NCBI RefSeq assembly: GCF_038025025.1
Contig: NW_027117343.1
Location: 806,001 to 870,000, forward strand
DNA: 64,000 nucleotides
DNA from: Phyllosticta citribraziliensis
Taxonomy: Eukaryota
Direction: 5' to 3'
Notes under the pieces: generated by a model
What the model was told of the DNA's origin: nothing
What the model saw: the letters and a program-made list of their open reading frames with translations, nothing else
The model's database searches: none
Position numbers and translations under genes: made by a program
In this document: positions 10,333 to 19,833 of the stretch, one piece after another
Layout: the number at the start of each line of letters is the position of its first letter
Numbering within the stretch: position 1 is the stretch's first letter

Positions 10333-11785
10333 GCGATACGGGTGCCGAAAGGTAAGAGCGTATCGCGGGTCGACGGGCAGGGCAGAGCCACAGTCATGAC
10401 GAGTGTCGATGAGATCCGGAGGGTGTTGATCAGGGCATGGTAGAGGCACCACAGTCATATCCATGCATCAACGGTCGTCTCGAGAGGGTTCCAGGTTCCA
10501 AGGACGCGAGAAGCCGTGACAGAGGCCTCACCACAAAGCATGTCTGGCGCTGTTGTCCGTAAGGATGGGCGATACGGGGGTCCCGAAGGTGCTGCGGTAT
10601 CGCGGTCGAGTCGAATGGAACGAGGCAGAGGCTACCACCACAGAAGCGTGCCGAGTTGCTTAGACGAGGTCCTGGAGAAGGGAATGGAGAGGGGCGATCG
10701 GGCGTCCGGAAGCGCGTGCTGTGATCGCGGTGTCGACAGGCAGGCAGAGCCACAGTCATGCCGGTGTCGAGCTGGTCTGGATGGTTCCAAAGGACGCGAG
10801 AGTACGGGTTTGACGCCGTGTCTGAATCTCAAGCTACAAGGCTGCTCCGCCACGAGTATGCCGAGTGCTTCGTCCGATGGGGCGCTGCAGGGTCCCCGAA
10901 GGTGCTACGGCAGCGCGCAACTGGTCGAATTGTCCGTTGGAGGTGAGAAAGGCTTAAGGCTGAGCTCGAGGCCCAGCTGACAGCACATTTCTCGAGCATC
11001 AAGACGTAGCCCCGCCAAAAGCTTGTCATGCGCTCTGCCCGTGGAACGAATTCGCCAGTCTCTCCAAAGACGCGGTTTGTCTGAACTACGAAGGAACAGC
11101 TGACCCCGCTTCAGGCGCAAGACAGCCCCGCCAAAAGCCGTACGAGTGCCCTATCGATGGAGGAAATGAATGGGCCAAGTGTCCCTCAGTAGCGGCGCCA
11201 CCCGCTCTGATGAAAACGACTTTCCCGTCCATGGACGCAGTTTGGCTGAACTCCAAAGGAACAGCTGACCCCGCTTCAGGTAACAGACAGAGGCTCCGCC
11301 AAGCTTGTCACGATGCCCTGTCCATGGTGCTCCGCTATGGAGGCTTGCAAGTGTCCCTCAGAAGCGGCGCCACCCGCTCTGACGAAAGACGACTTGCCCG
11401 TCCATGGACGCAGTTTGGCTGAACTACAAAGGAACAGCTGACCCTGCTTCAGGAAACAAGACAGAGGCTCCGCCAAGCGTGTCATGATGCCCTGTCCATG
11501 GTGCTCCGGTATGGAGGCTTTTGCAAGTGTCCCTCAGCAGCGGCGCCACCCGCTCTGACGAAAGACGACTTGCTCATGTTTGGTGTCCATGGACGCAGTT
11601 TGGCTGAACTACAAAGGAACAGCTGACCCTGCTTCAGGAAACAAGACAGAGGCTCCGCCAAGCGTGTCATGATGCCCTGTCCATGGAACTCCGGATTGTG
11701 GTCATACGAGGTCCCCGAAGGTGCTACGGTATGCCGGTCGACAAAGGCTGGGCAGAGCCACAGTCTTGCACCCAGTGTCGACATT
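10333..11785. repeat. Dispersed repeat family 2: four hairpin modules (10333, 10569, 10882, 11703) and associated GGCAGAGCCACAGTC modules (10381, 10743, 11751)
   Basis: Shared loop GG(T)CCC(C)GAAGGTGCT(A/G)CG closed by inverted repeats; identical GGCAGAGCCACAGTC in three places. Confidence 0.85.
11000..11690. repeat. Tandem array of ~172-190-bp units (three near-identical copies at 11177, 11349, 11525 plus one diverged upstream copy), repeat family 3
   Basis: AAGTGTCCCTCAG-N-AGCGGCGCCACCCGCTCTGA ... GTCCATGGACGCAGTTTGGCTGAACT ... AAAGGAACAGCTGACCC.GCTTCAGG recurs with periods of 172 and 176 bp. Confidence 0.95.
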
Positions 11786-11963
11786 GTCCAGAAATAAACG
11801 TCTTCATCGAAGGGGGGTCATGCGCCCTCAGTTCACGGTGGCCCAACACCGCTACCTGAGCGACCGTCTTACAGTTGCCTCAGCCCTTTTGTGATGGAAT
11901 CGGGTTGCGCTATGCGCCTTAAATGCCCGTTGGTGCGAGTGCAATGCTCGTCTTGTATATACC

Positions 11964-12042
11964 GCGTCGTCCTGGAGGTCGGAGGACGGAGGGAATGATG
12001 AATGAGCCGGAAGAAGTGCGTCGTCCTGGAGGTCGGAGGACG
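11964..12042. repeat. Two identical 25-bp hairpin-forming copies, repeat family 4
   Basis: GCGTCGTCCTGGAGGTCGGAGGACG at 11964 and 12018; CGTCCT/AGGACG stem. Confidence 0.9.
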
Positions 12043-12123
12043 AAGAAAACGCGAAAAGTGGCCAGGAAGGTAGAAAGGGCATCATCATGTAAAGGTCGTG
12101 TTCCAGAAAGTTTTCCAAGACTT

Positions 12124-12657
12124 GTCGGGCATCAATTCGACCGTGGTATCTGCTCAACTCGAGAGAGGTGTCCCGGGTGGTCAAGGTTCACTGCGCTTTG
12201 GGCTGCACGAGACAGGACTCGAGGCTTCAAAGCTAAGCTCGCTAAAGCGAGCCTATTCGCGATTAGCCGTCAAAAGGGTAAGAATTGACGTCGCGGCAGC
12301 AGATAGAGATAGGCTTGAACCAGGAGAAACCACCGGGACGTGGAGGAGCGGATAGAGTGGGAATGGTCGGCTGAATTGATGTGGAAATGGTCGGACATCG
12401 ATTCGACTGTGACGTCTGCTCAACTCGGGGGAGGATGTGTCGGTGGTCAAGGTTCACTGCACTTTGAGCTGCACGAGATAGGGCTCGAGGCTTCAAAGCT
12501 AGGCTCGCCACAGCAGAGCCTATTCGCGATAAACCGTCAAAAGGGTAAGGATTGACGTCGCGGCAGCAGATAGAGAAAGGCTTGAACCAGGAGAAACCAC
12601 CGGACGTGGAGGAGCGGACGAAGTGGAAATGGTCGGTCGAATCGATGAGGAAAAGGG
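12124..12657. repeat. Tandem duplication of a 266-bp unit, repeat family 5
   Basis: GGTGGTCAAGGTTCACTGC at 12176 and 12442; CCGTCAAAAGGGTAAG.ATTGACGTCGCGGCAGCAGATAGAGA.AGGCTTGAACCAGGAGAAACCACCG in both copies. Confidence 0.95.
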
Positions 12658-12801
12658 AAAGTCCTGGAAAGGGTCGGAACACGGAACAGCGGCTGCTGAT
12701 TGGTGTGCGAGAAGAAAATGCGCGAGCCTGAAAGGAAGTGGTCGGCTGGATGGAAAGGCGCAGAATCGGGCACACTCAGCCGCGGGAGGGTGGTCGGTCA
12801 T

Positions 12802-15800
12802 TTAAGACCGCCACCAATTGATGATAAATAGCACCAGCACAGCAACTTGACCGTAGCCAGCGATCTGTGTGCGTGCTGGGGAGAAGGAGATGTCTTGGGA
12901 TAGGGTGTTCGCCTCGTGCCAGAGCTCTTCTTGCATGCTGTGTCCAATTGCCACGCTGGTCAAAAGGAAGAAAAACAGCAGCAGCATGAAGAAGAGAAGA
13001 GGCTGGCTGAATATGCTGGAGACGGATTTGCCAATGCAAGAAATGCAGGCGGGCGTCCTAGACCTCTTCATCGATGCTTCGAGGGCATCAATCCCGCCAT
13101 CAATGCGGTCAACACGCGAGTTGACCTCGTCGCGGCCCTTCAGAAGGAGCTCCTCAAACTCTCTGAGCATTTCTTGTGCCGACTTGGTGGGAAAAGCAGT
13201 AGAGGAGGACGGCTGGGCCAGCGCCGTCACCAGAGTCGACTCCGCGGGCTCAGGCGAAGAGACGGAAGTCAAAGCGCCAGAGGAGGATTGGTTGACCGGA
13301 GCCAGCTTAACTGAGCATACAACTTCGGTCTGGGTACCAGTCGACTCCGTGGGCTTAGGCGAAGACTCGGTGGATGGCGCAGCAGATGATGATGGCTGGG
13401 CCGATGTGAGCTGAAGAGACTCGGGGGCGGCGTCCTCGGAGTCCAACTCTGGCGCTTCTGAAGAAGGCATGATGCTCAGCGCGGTGGATGAGAGTGCTGC
13501 TGGCAAGGGTGAAGACGGCGTGGGGGCAGCTTCGTAGTCGGCCAACACGGCCTTGAGTGCATCGTAACGAGCCTCAAAATCGGCGAGCTGTGCCGTCAGT
13601 TTCTTGATGGTGATGTCCTTGCTGCGGTTGGCCCTAGCAGCAGTCGACATTTCAAGCTCCATCTCGTCGGAGGCGCCGGAGAGCTCGTTGGTAATGTTGG
13701 AGCTCGTGGTTTTGGTACTGCTGAGCGCACGCTGAGCCCGGCCGTACGAGAAGTTGGATGACGGGCCCGCCTCCTGCTGCGTGGGCATGCGGGTTCTGCC
13801 GGCGTTGTTCTTGAGGTCCTTTTGGAGCTTGAGATTGAGGGACCTGAGCTCTTCATGGCGCTGCTCGAGCTGGCGGCTGTGGGCGACCTCCGTGTCCACG
13901 TTCTGCTGAATCTGGCTATTGTCGGCAGTGAGCTTTGCGTTGGCATCGGTAAGCTTCATGACCTTCGCCGTCTGGGTGTCGAGCATGAAACGGAAGTTGC
14001 GGGTGAGGCTTTCCGACTTGCTCTTCTGCTGGTCCAACTCGGTCTGCTGCTGGTCCAACTCGGTCTGCAGGTCTTTGGCCTTGAGCTTTTCCTGCTCCAG
14101 CTCACTCTTGGTGGCGTCCAACTCTTGCTGGAGGACTTCACTTGAAGTCGCCTCGTTGTTGATGTAGAGGCGGGCTGACTCGAGAGCGGCTTCAGCGGTC
14201 TGAGCCCTCTGCTCCAGCTGGTTGAGGTTTTTCTCCCACTCTTCGGCAAGCGAGTCGCGTGAATCGATTTCGAACGCGTGGTCTGACTCCATGCAAATGA
14301 TGTGCTCGTCCAACTGGTCCTTGTCGCTCTTGAGGACCTTGATCGTGTCGTTGGCGCTGTCAAGCTCTGCATTGACGTTTGCAAGAGCCTGCTTGGTCGC
14401 CTCATCGGCGGCAACCTCGCGAGTGAGCTTCTTGTTGAGCTCGTCGGCATTGCTCTGGGCCTCGTCTCGGGCCTTGGCAGCAGAGGTGGTCAGGTCGTTT
14501 GCTTCCGCCAGCTGAGCCTCCAACGCGGCAAATTTCTCGCTGGTGCGAGCCTGGTCCGTCTTGAGCCTGGCGTTTTCTGCCTCCAGGTCGGCAATCCTCC
14601 GCTCATTCTCCTCTTCCTTCTCCGTCCTCAGCCTTTCCGTGGTTTCGTATTCCTCGCGCTTCTCCCTCCTCTTCGCTTGGGCTGCCCTCTGCTTGCCATT
14701 CCTGTGGGCCGTTCCTCTGCGCGTGCGAGCGGAACGAGCCGCGGGCTCGGAAGTGGGGGAGAGAGACCGGTTGGAAGAGGTCTCGGGCGAAAGAGGGCGG
14801 GTGGCAGAGTCGGTGGGTGAAAGAGGGCGGATGGGAGTGGTGGGCGTCTTTGGGCCGGTGGGCGAGGTGGGCTTGGGTGAACCCATCCTGTTGGGGTTCG
14901 ACCGAGACTTCTTGAGGAAGTGGCCGCGGATTTGGGCCAGGGAGCAAGGGGAGAGGTTTGCCAAGGTCTGCGCCTTGGGCGACGTGGGCGGGGCGAGGTA
15001 CGTGGGCGGGGCGAGGGTGTTGACGTTCACGTTGACGTCGGGGTTGGCGTCGGGGGCAGCGTCGGGGAGCTCCTCGTAGTCGACGTTGGGGCCCTGGGTG
15101 GGCTCAGCGTCGGGCAGGTCCTCGTCGTCCTTCTCGCTGTCCGCGTCGAGCAGTTCACCTGCGTCGACAGAAAACGGGGCCCTATCATCGGTTAGAAGTG
15201 AACTTCACATGTCGTGTGAACTTGTAGGCACTTACTCGACGTCCGCAGGCGCGTCCTCGATCACAACGTCGGCGTCGGCCGACGGTTCCTCCTCGGAAGG
15301 CGCGTCACACAGCTCCTCGTCGTCTTGAGGCGGCTGGGGACGGGCAAAGGGGTAAGCCAACGGCTGCGCGTCGGCTATTTCTTCGTCTTCGTCGTCGGAC
15401 GGCGACGGAGAACGGGCAGCGCGCTGCTGCTGCAGCTCCCCAAAAGAAGGGAAAACCACCGGCTGCTGCGGCTTCTGCTGCTGCAGACAATCGAAGACCG
15501 ACCGCTGCGGCTGCTGCTGCAGAGGGCGGAGAACAGATTGCTGCTGCGGCTGCTGCGGCAGAGCACTGAAGAGGGGGTGCTGCTGCACCGGTTGCGGCGG
15601 CGGAGGAGGCGGCGTCGTCGAAGGGCGACGAAAGAGAGGCTGCTGCTGCTGCGGCGGCGTCAGGCACGCGGGAAGGGCGGCCTGGGAGAAGAAGTCGGCA
15701 GGGTTAACCTGCAACGGACGCGCGCAGTCGATCTCCTCGTCCTTGGGCGGGGACGATGGCGGAGGAGGGGGGACAGCAGGAGAAGGGGTGGTCGGGGCGG

Positions 15801-16503
15801 CGGCGACGGCGACAGCCAACTTCCCGAGGCCGGGGATCCGACTCGGCAGAAGCTCAAAGGGCGCAGAGGAACGGGCCGGAGCCTCGTTCATGCGCACTGG
15901 CTTCTGAAAGCCCGGGATGTTGCCGTCGGGGAAGGCCCTGGGCTTCTCGGGCGGCGGCGCGTTCTTGGCCAGGTCCAACAGATCCGAGAACGTGGACTTT
16001 GGCTTCACCGGAGCAGCTGGCGGGGCTGCCGGCTTCGGCTGGGGCTGGGGCTGGGCAGCTGGCGGCGCTGCCACAAAGGAGAACGTCGCCGGGGGCGTCG
16101 ACTCGGAAGCCGGACGCAGGTACACGCTCGGCGAGGAGGTGCTGGGCGGCGGCGGAGGGATGGCGGCGGCGGCGTTGGGGGCAGCCGGAGATGGGGTCGC
16201 GCCCTCGGTCTTGACGCGCTTCGAGCGCTCGGGCGATGGCGACGGGGAGCGGGCGCGGCGGCGGCCTCGCGGCCCTTGCGGCGAGGGCGAGGGGGCGATG
16301 GCGCGGGCGGGGCGGTTGGGAGAGGGAGTCCTCGGGACTCCAAGAGGAGAGGTGGCGGCTGGGGTGGTGGTGGTGGTGTTGCGCCCAGCGTAGGGGTGGC
16401 TTTGGGTCATGGTGGTGAGCTCAGCGGGCTGCTGAGCCATGACAAAGCCGGCGCCCACGTTGCGCACGACACCGGAGTCTTTCTTTGGCATACAACCGAC
16501 CAT
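12802..16503 (-). CDS. Orphan 1215-aa protein: Pro/Gln-rich disordered N-terminus, long coiled coil, Ser/Thr-rich linker, two C-terminal hydrophobic helices; exons 16503-15236 and 15181-12802
   Basis: Intron 15182-15235 (GTAAG...CTAAC...TAG) fuses the 516-aa and 742-aa ORFs in frame (1268+2380 nt). Strong GC3 bias, heptad-rich segment, TM-like LLFFMLLLFFFLLTSVAIG and VAVLVLFIINWW. Confidence 0.8.
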
Positions 16504-18628
16504 GGTGAATGTGTGATCGGAGGTCTGGTTGGATGGTTGGTTGGAGGACAAAGAGGGAGGACAAAGAGGGCAAAGGAAGGGTGGGTGGTGTGGTGTGGAG
16601 TCGGATGAAAGAAAGAGAGGTTGCGAAAGGTAAACAACTCCACGGCGAGAGGTGGATGGGACGGCGACGGCGACGGCGACGGCGGTCTGTGCTCTGAGCG
16701 CCTGCCTCGTGGGCGCTGCACCGAAGAGAAACTCCTGTCCCATAACACCGCCCGCTGCTTCGCCGGCTATACTCTGGCGCAAATGCCAGTGGGTACTCCA
16801 CGAACTAGACTATATCAGGACAGCTCGACGTCGAGCGCAAGCAGGTGCTGGTGCCCTGCCAGGCCTGGAGGCTTGGGACGGGATGGACAAAGGCCGCGAT
16901 CTTCTCCTTTGGTGTTGTGCACGGGATCGGCACAACAAAGGAACACCACGCTGCTGAAGCCTCAATCTGGCAAGTTGCGCAATGGAAGCGATTGAAAAGA
17001 TCCAATTGACAGTATAATGACTGACAATCTTTGAGAAACAGAACAAAGGCCTACCTTTCTTTGCGCACACGTCCCCGAATCCCGTCTCTTTTGGACAAAA
17101 ACACTGGCTTCGACTGCCTGTGCGAAAGCAAAGCCCACGAGAATAAGACTCGGGATGGAAAGATCAAAAGACAAAGAAGACTGTCAAAGAATTTGAAATG
17201 GACAAAGAACAAGGAGCCCGGCTGTCGAGGTGCAACCAGTCCGGGCACCAAGTTGGTCCTGCGTCTGCAACCGGAACGACTCTTTGACATGAGGAAACCA
17301 AAGCGCTGACCTAGAACGAGGTACATTAGGTACGGCAAGTCTTCAGGGAGGATTTTGAAGGCGCTTACCTCGACGACCGCCTCTTGCGCATTGAAAGCCT
17401 GGAGTGGCCCTCCAACAGCCCACCCACCGGCCGGCTGGGCAACCACCGCTCCAGACGCAGCAGCAAGCCCATTTTCGTTGGAAATGCTGCCATCTGCTCG
17501 TTCAGCGGCTTACTACATACCACAGGCTCGTCATAGCACCGACGTTGTCTTCGTATGACAATTAACACCCAGGCGGTCGATGAGACGACGTTGAAAAAAA
17601 GCCGCTAGGCCCGATGGACCCCTGCAGGGCGCCAAGCGCGGGATCTCTCTTAGCGCCTGGATCCGCGCGCTTGCGGGGGCGGACTTGGCCCGCCACAGGG
17701 AGGCGTGTGCGTGGCGATCGATGACGAGAGCTGCCCCTCCGCTCGCTTCGTTCAGCTCCGACAAGGATGGTCGATCAGAATTGCGATGGAGGAATAAAAG
17801 GAGGGACAAGCTAGGGGCTGTTGATGTTGAACAGGGTTGCCGGTGCAGGGCAGCCGAGTCGTGAGCGGCGGAAGCGTGGATTCGTTGGGGACACGTTCGC
17901 TGCTGCTGCGACAACGCTGGCGGACCCTGCGAGCTGTTGCTGCCGCCCTTGTCAACATTCAACGAGCAACCTCGCGGCCCAAAAGCGTGCATTCATGTTG
18001 TCGAACTGCGATCTTCAGGACCAAATTCGGTTGGCGAGCTCCAAAATTGACTTCCGTGGTCCTCAAAGAAGCGTCAGGATAGCGACGGCGCTTCCCAGGA
18101 CTCACAGAGAGTGAATGAAGACGGTGGTTTTAGGCTTTCGGCAGGGTCGGCGGCCGTCGCTCTGTTTCTATTGTTGTCGTTGCTTCGACAGGGCTGTAAG
18201 ATTAAAGGCGCTGATAAGAATCTCTTGGCGGTGAAGTGGGGGGAGCTCGCTGATCGCTTTCCCTAAGGTCGGAGGCTGGTGAGGCTACATCGTAGGGCAA
18301 TCTTCTCGCAAATGGGCGATAACAGAGTCGTTGAGATGGAAATGATGGCTAGCGTAGAAAGACTTCTTGATTCTTTTTCAATAGCGAGCTACTATAACCC
18401 AGGTGGAAACGGTTTTGGAAACATCTACGAGGAGCAAGCGAGCGTCAAAGCACAGCGCCAGAATAGAGGAAAACAATCGGCAAAACAACTGGCCAAACCA
18501 AACCTCGTCCAAACTCCTGAAAACGCCAGCCTCCTCTCGGCCTCTCGAGAGCTCAAAATCCGCTTGCATAATTTACGTGGATAAACTTGGCTGCAATCCA
18601 CGACGAAGAGAAGCACACGTGAGCTGGT

Positions 18629-19833
18629 TTACTGCCTCTGCTCCTCGGCGACGACCTCCTTCTCCTGATAGACAGGAGGGGCCTCCTCCGGGATGCCGTC
18701 CTTGCCAGCGGCGTCTTCCTCGTCCAAGGCGACGGACTCGTAACCGCTACGACGGTTGAACTTGAGCCAGATGAAAGCCATGAGACTGCCAACGAGCCAG
18801 CCAGTCGCGTAGGTGAGGGCTCCAAAGGCGATTCCAATGACAATGGGGACCATGATACGGCTGACAAGGTGGATGAAGCGCGCCAGGGGCCCGTGACGGT
18901 GGTGGCGCATGATGCCGTGAGGTCCGTGGAAAGGCTCGTTGTTGCCGTTGTTGCCAGAGCGGTGGGGTGGGCGCTCGTCGTCGGACTCCATCTCGGGGGG
19001 AGGTGTCTGGGGTTGAGAAGGCTTGGGAGGCATGCCGTGAGGGCGGCCCTTCATGCAGCCTGGCTTAATCTTGCCCATCTGTCCCTTCATGCTCTGAATG
19101 CGGTCCGCAATGATCGACCGCCACTTGCACAAAACAGGCCAGTTCTTGCACTCCTTGTCATTCTGTTGAGGGGTAGACTCTCCGATGGGAGCCGCTGTGG
19201 TGATGGGCAGGATGGAGACTTGGCCTTCAGGGTGCTTGATGAGCTTGATGGACAGGGCCGGGACGTTGATGTGGTGAGCCTCAAGAGAGGACAGCTGGAG
19301 GGTCATGGGAACCAGCTCATTTCCGGACGAGCCAGTGATGGACGGATCGATTTCGAGCATGTAGCTGCTCAATCTGAGTGCCTTGTCGGTGTACTTGCCA
19401 ATGTTGGCCCGGATGTCGGTCAACGGAATGTCAGCCCGAACTTGGTACACCGGGATGGGCTGAGGGAGAGTGTCGAAAGTAGGAGGGTAGAGTTGGATGC
19501 CATTCAGCTCGACGGCATGGTCGTGAACGACGGAGAAGTTGAGCAACTGTGTGGGTGGCGTGAGCATGACCCATGTTGTACATTTGTATAGCGGCCTGAG
19601 CTTACCAGCGAGTTCTCGATGCCCTGCACCCAAACGAGGTCCTCGTCGGTCGAGCCGGCAAACGGACAGCCAGCACAGTCCAGAGTCAGGAGTTGTGAAG
19701 TAGGGTCGACGAGGTTGAATTCGCGGTCGGGGACGGAGCCAGCGATGCCGTCGGCGGTCGAGGGCACCAGGAATGCGGCGGAAGGCCCGGAGAGGGCGAG
19801 GGCGGCGCTGAGGCCAAGCAATTGGGACTTCAT
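18629..19833 (-). CDS. Uncharacterised type I membrane protein (signal peptide, Cys-containing luminal domain, His-rich patch, C-terminal TM); intron 19547-19605
   Basis: MKSQLLGLSAALALSGPSAAFLVP signal, L.CAGCPF, C..WPVLCKWRSII, and TM IMVPIVIGIAFGALTYATGWLVGSLMAFIW followed by an acidic tail with a PPVY motif. This architecture is common in Pezizomycotina. Confidence 0.85.

Larger units (their letters stand above)
9657..12657. ncRNA. Candidate large structured non-coding RNA or structured 3' UTR built from duplicated stem-loop domains (strand unresolved; G-U wobbles favour +)
   Basis: No credible ORF. Every repeat family has closing stems, with compensatory substitutions in family 2 and loop/bulge-restricted variation in families 1, 3 and 5. 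Transcription is not shown by the sequence. Confidence 0.4.

Noticed and set aside
11177..11600. Hammerhead ribozyme in the 175-bp repeats (CTGATGA/CTGACGA directly after a hairpin)
   Set aside because: No GAAA follows the putative stem II, and there is no conserved NUH triplet before stem I (GTA, GAA, GCA in the three copies). CTGA is better explained as pairing with TCAG.
9657..12657. CRISPR-like array or LTR/TIR transposon
   Set aside because: Eukaryotic context. Units are long whole duplications without unique spacers, and no transposase, RT, terminal inverted repeats or target-site duplication was seen.
9209..12775. ORFs of 100-323 aa across the repeat block
   Set aside because: No codon bias, mostly non-ATG starts, and indels between repeat copies do not preserve frame.
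9100..12800. Telomerase RNA as the identity of the structured block
   Set aside because: I found no TAACCCTAA-type template for TTAGGG repeats on either strand, and tandem domain duplication is not expected there.
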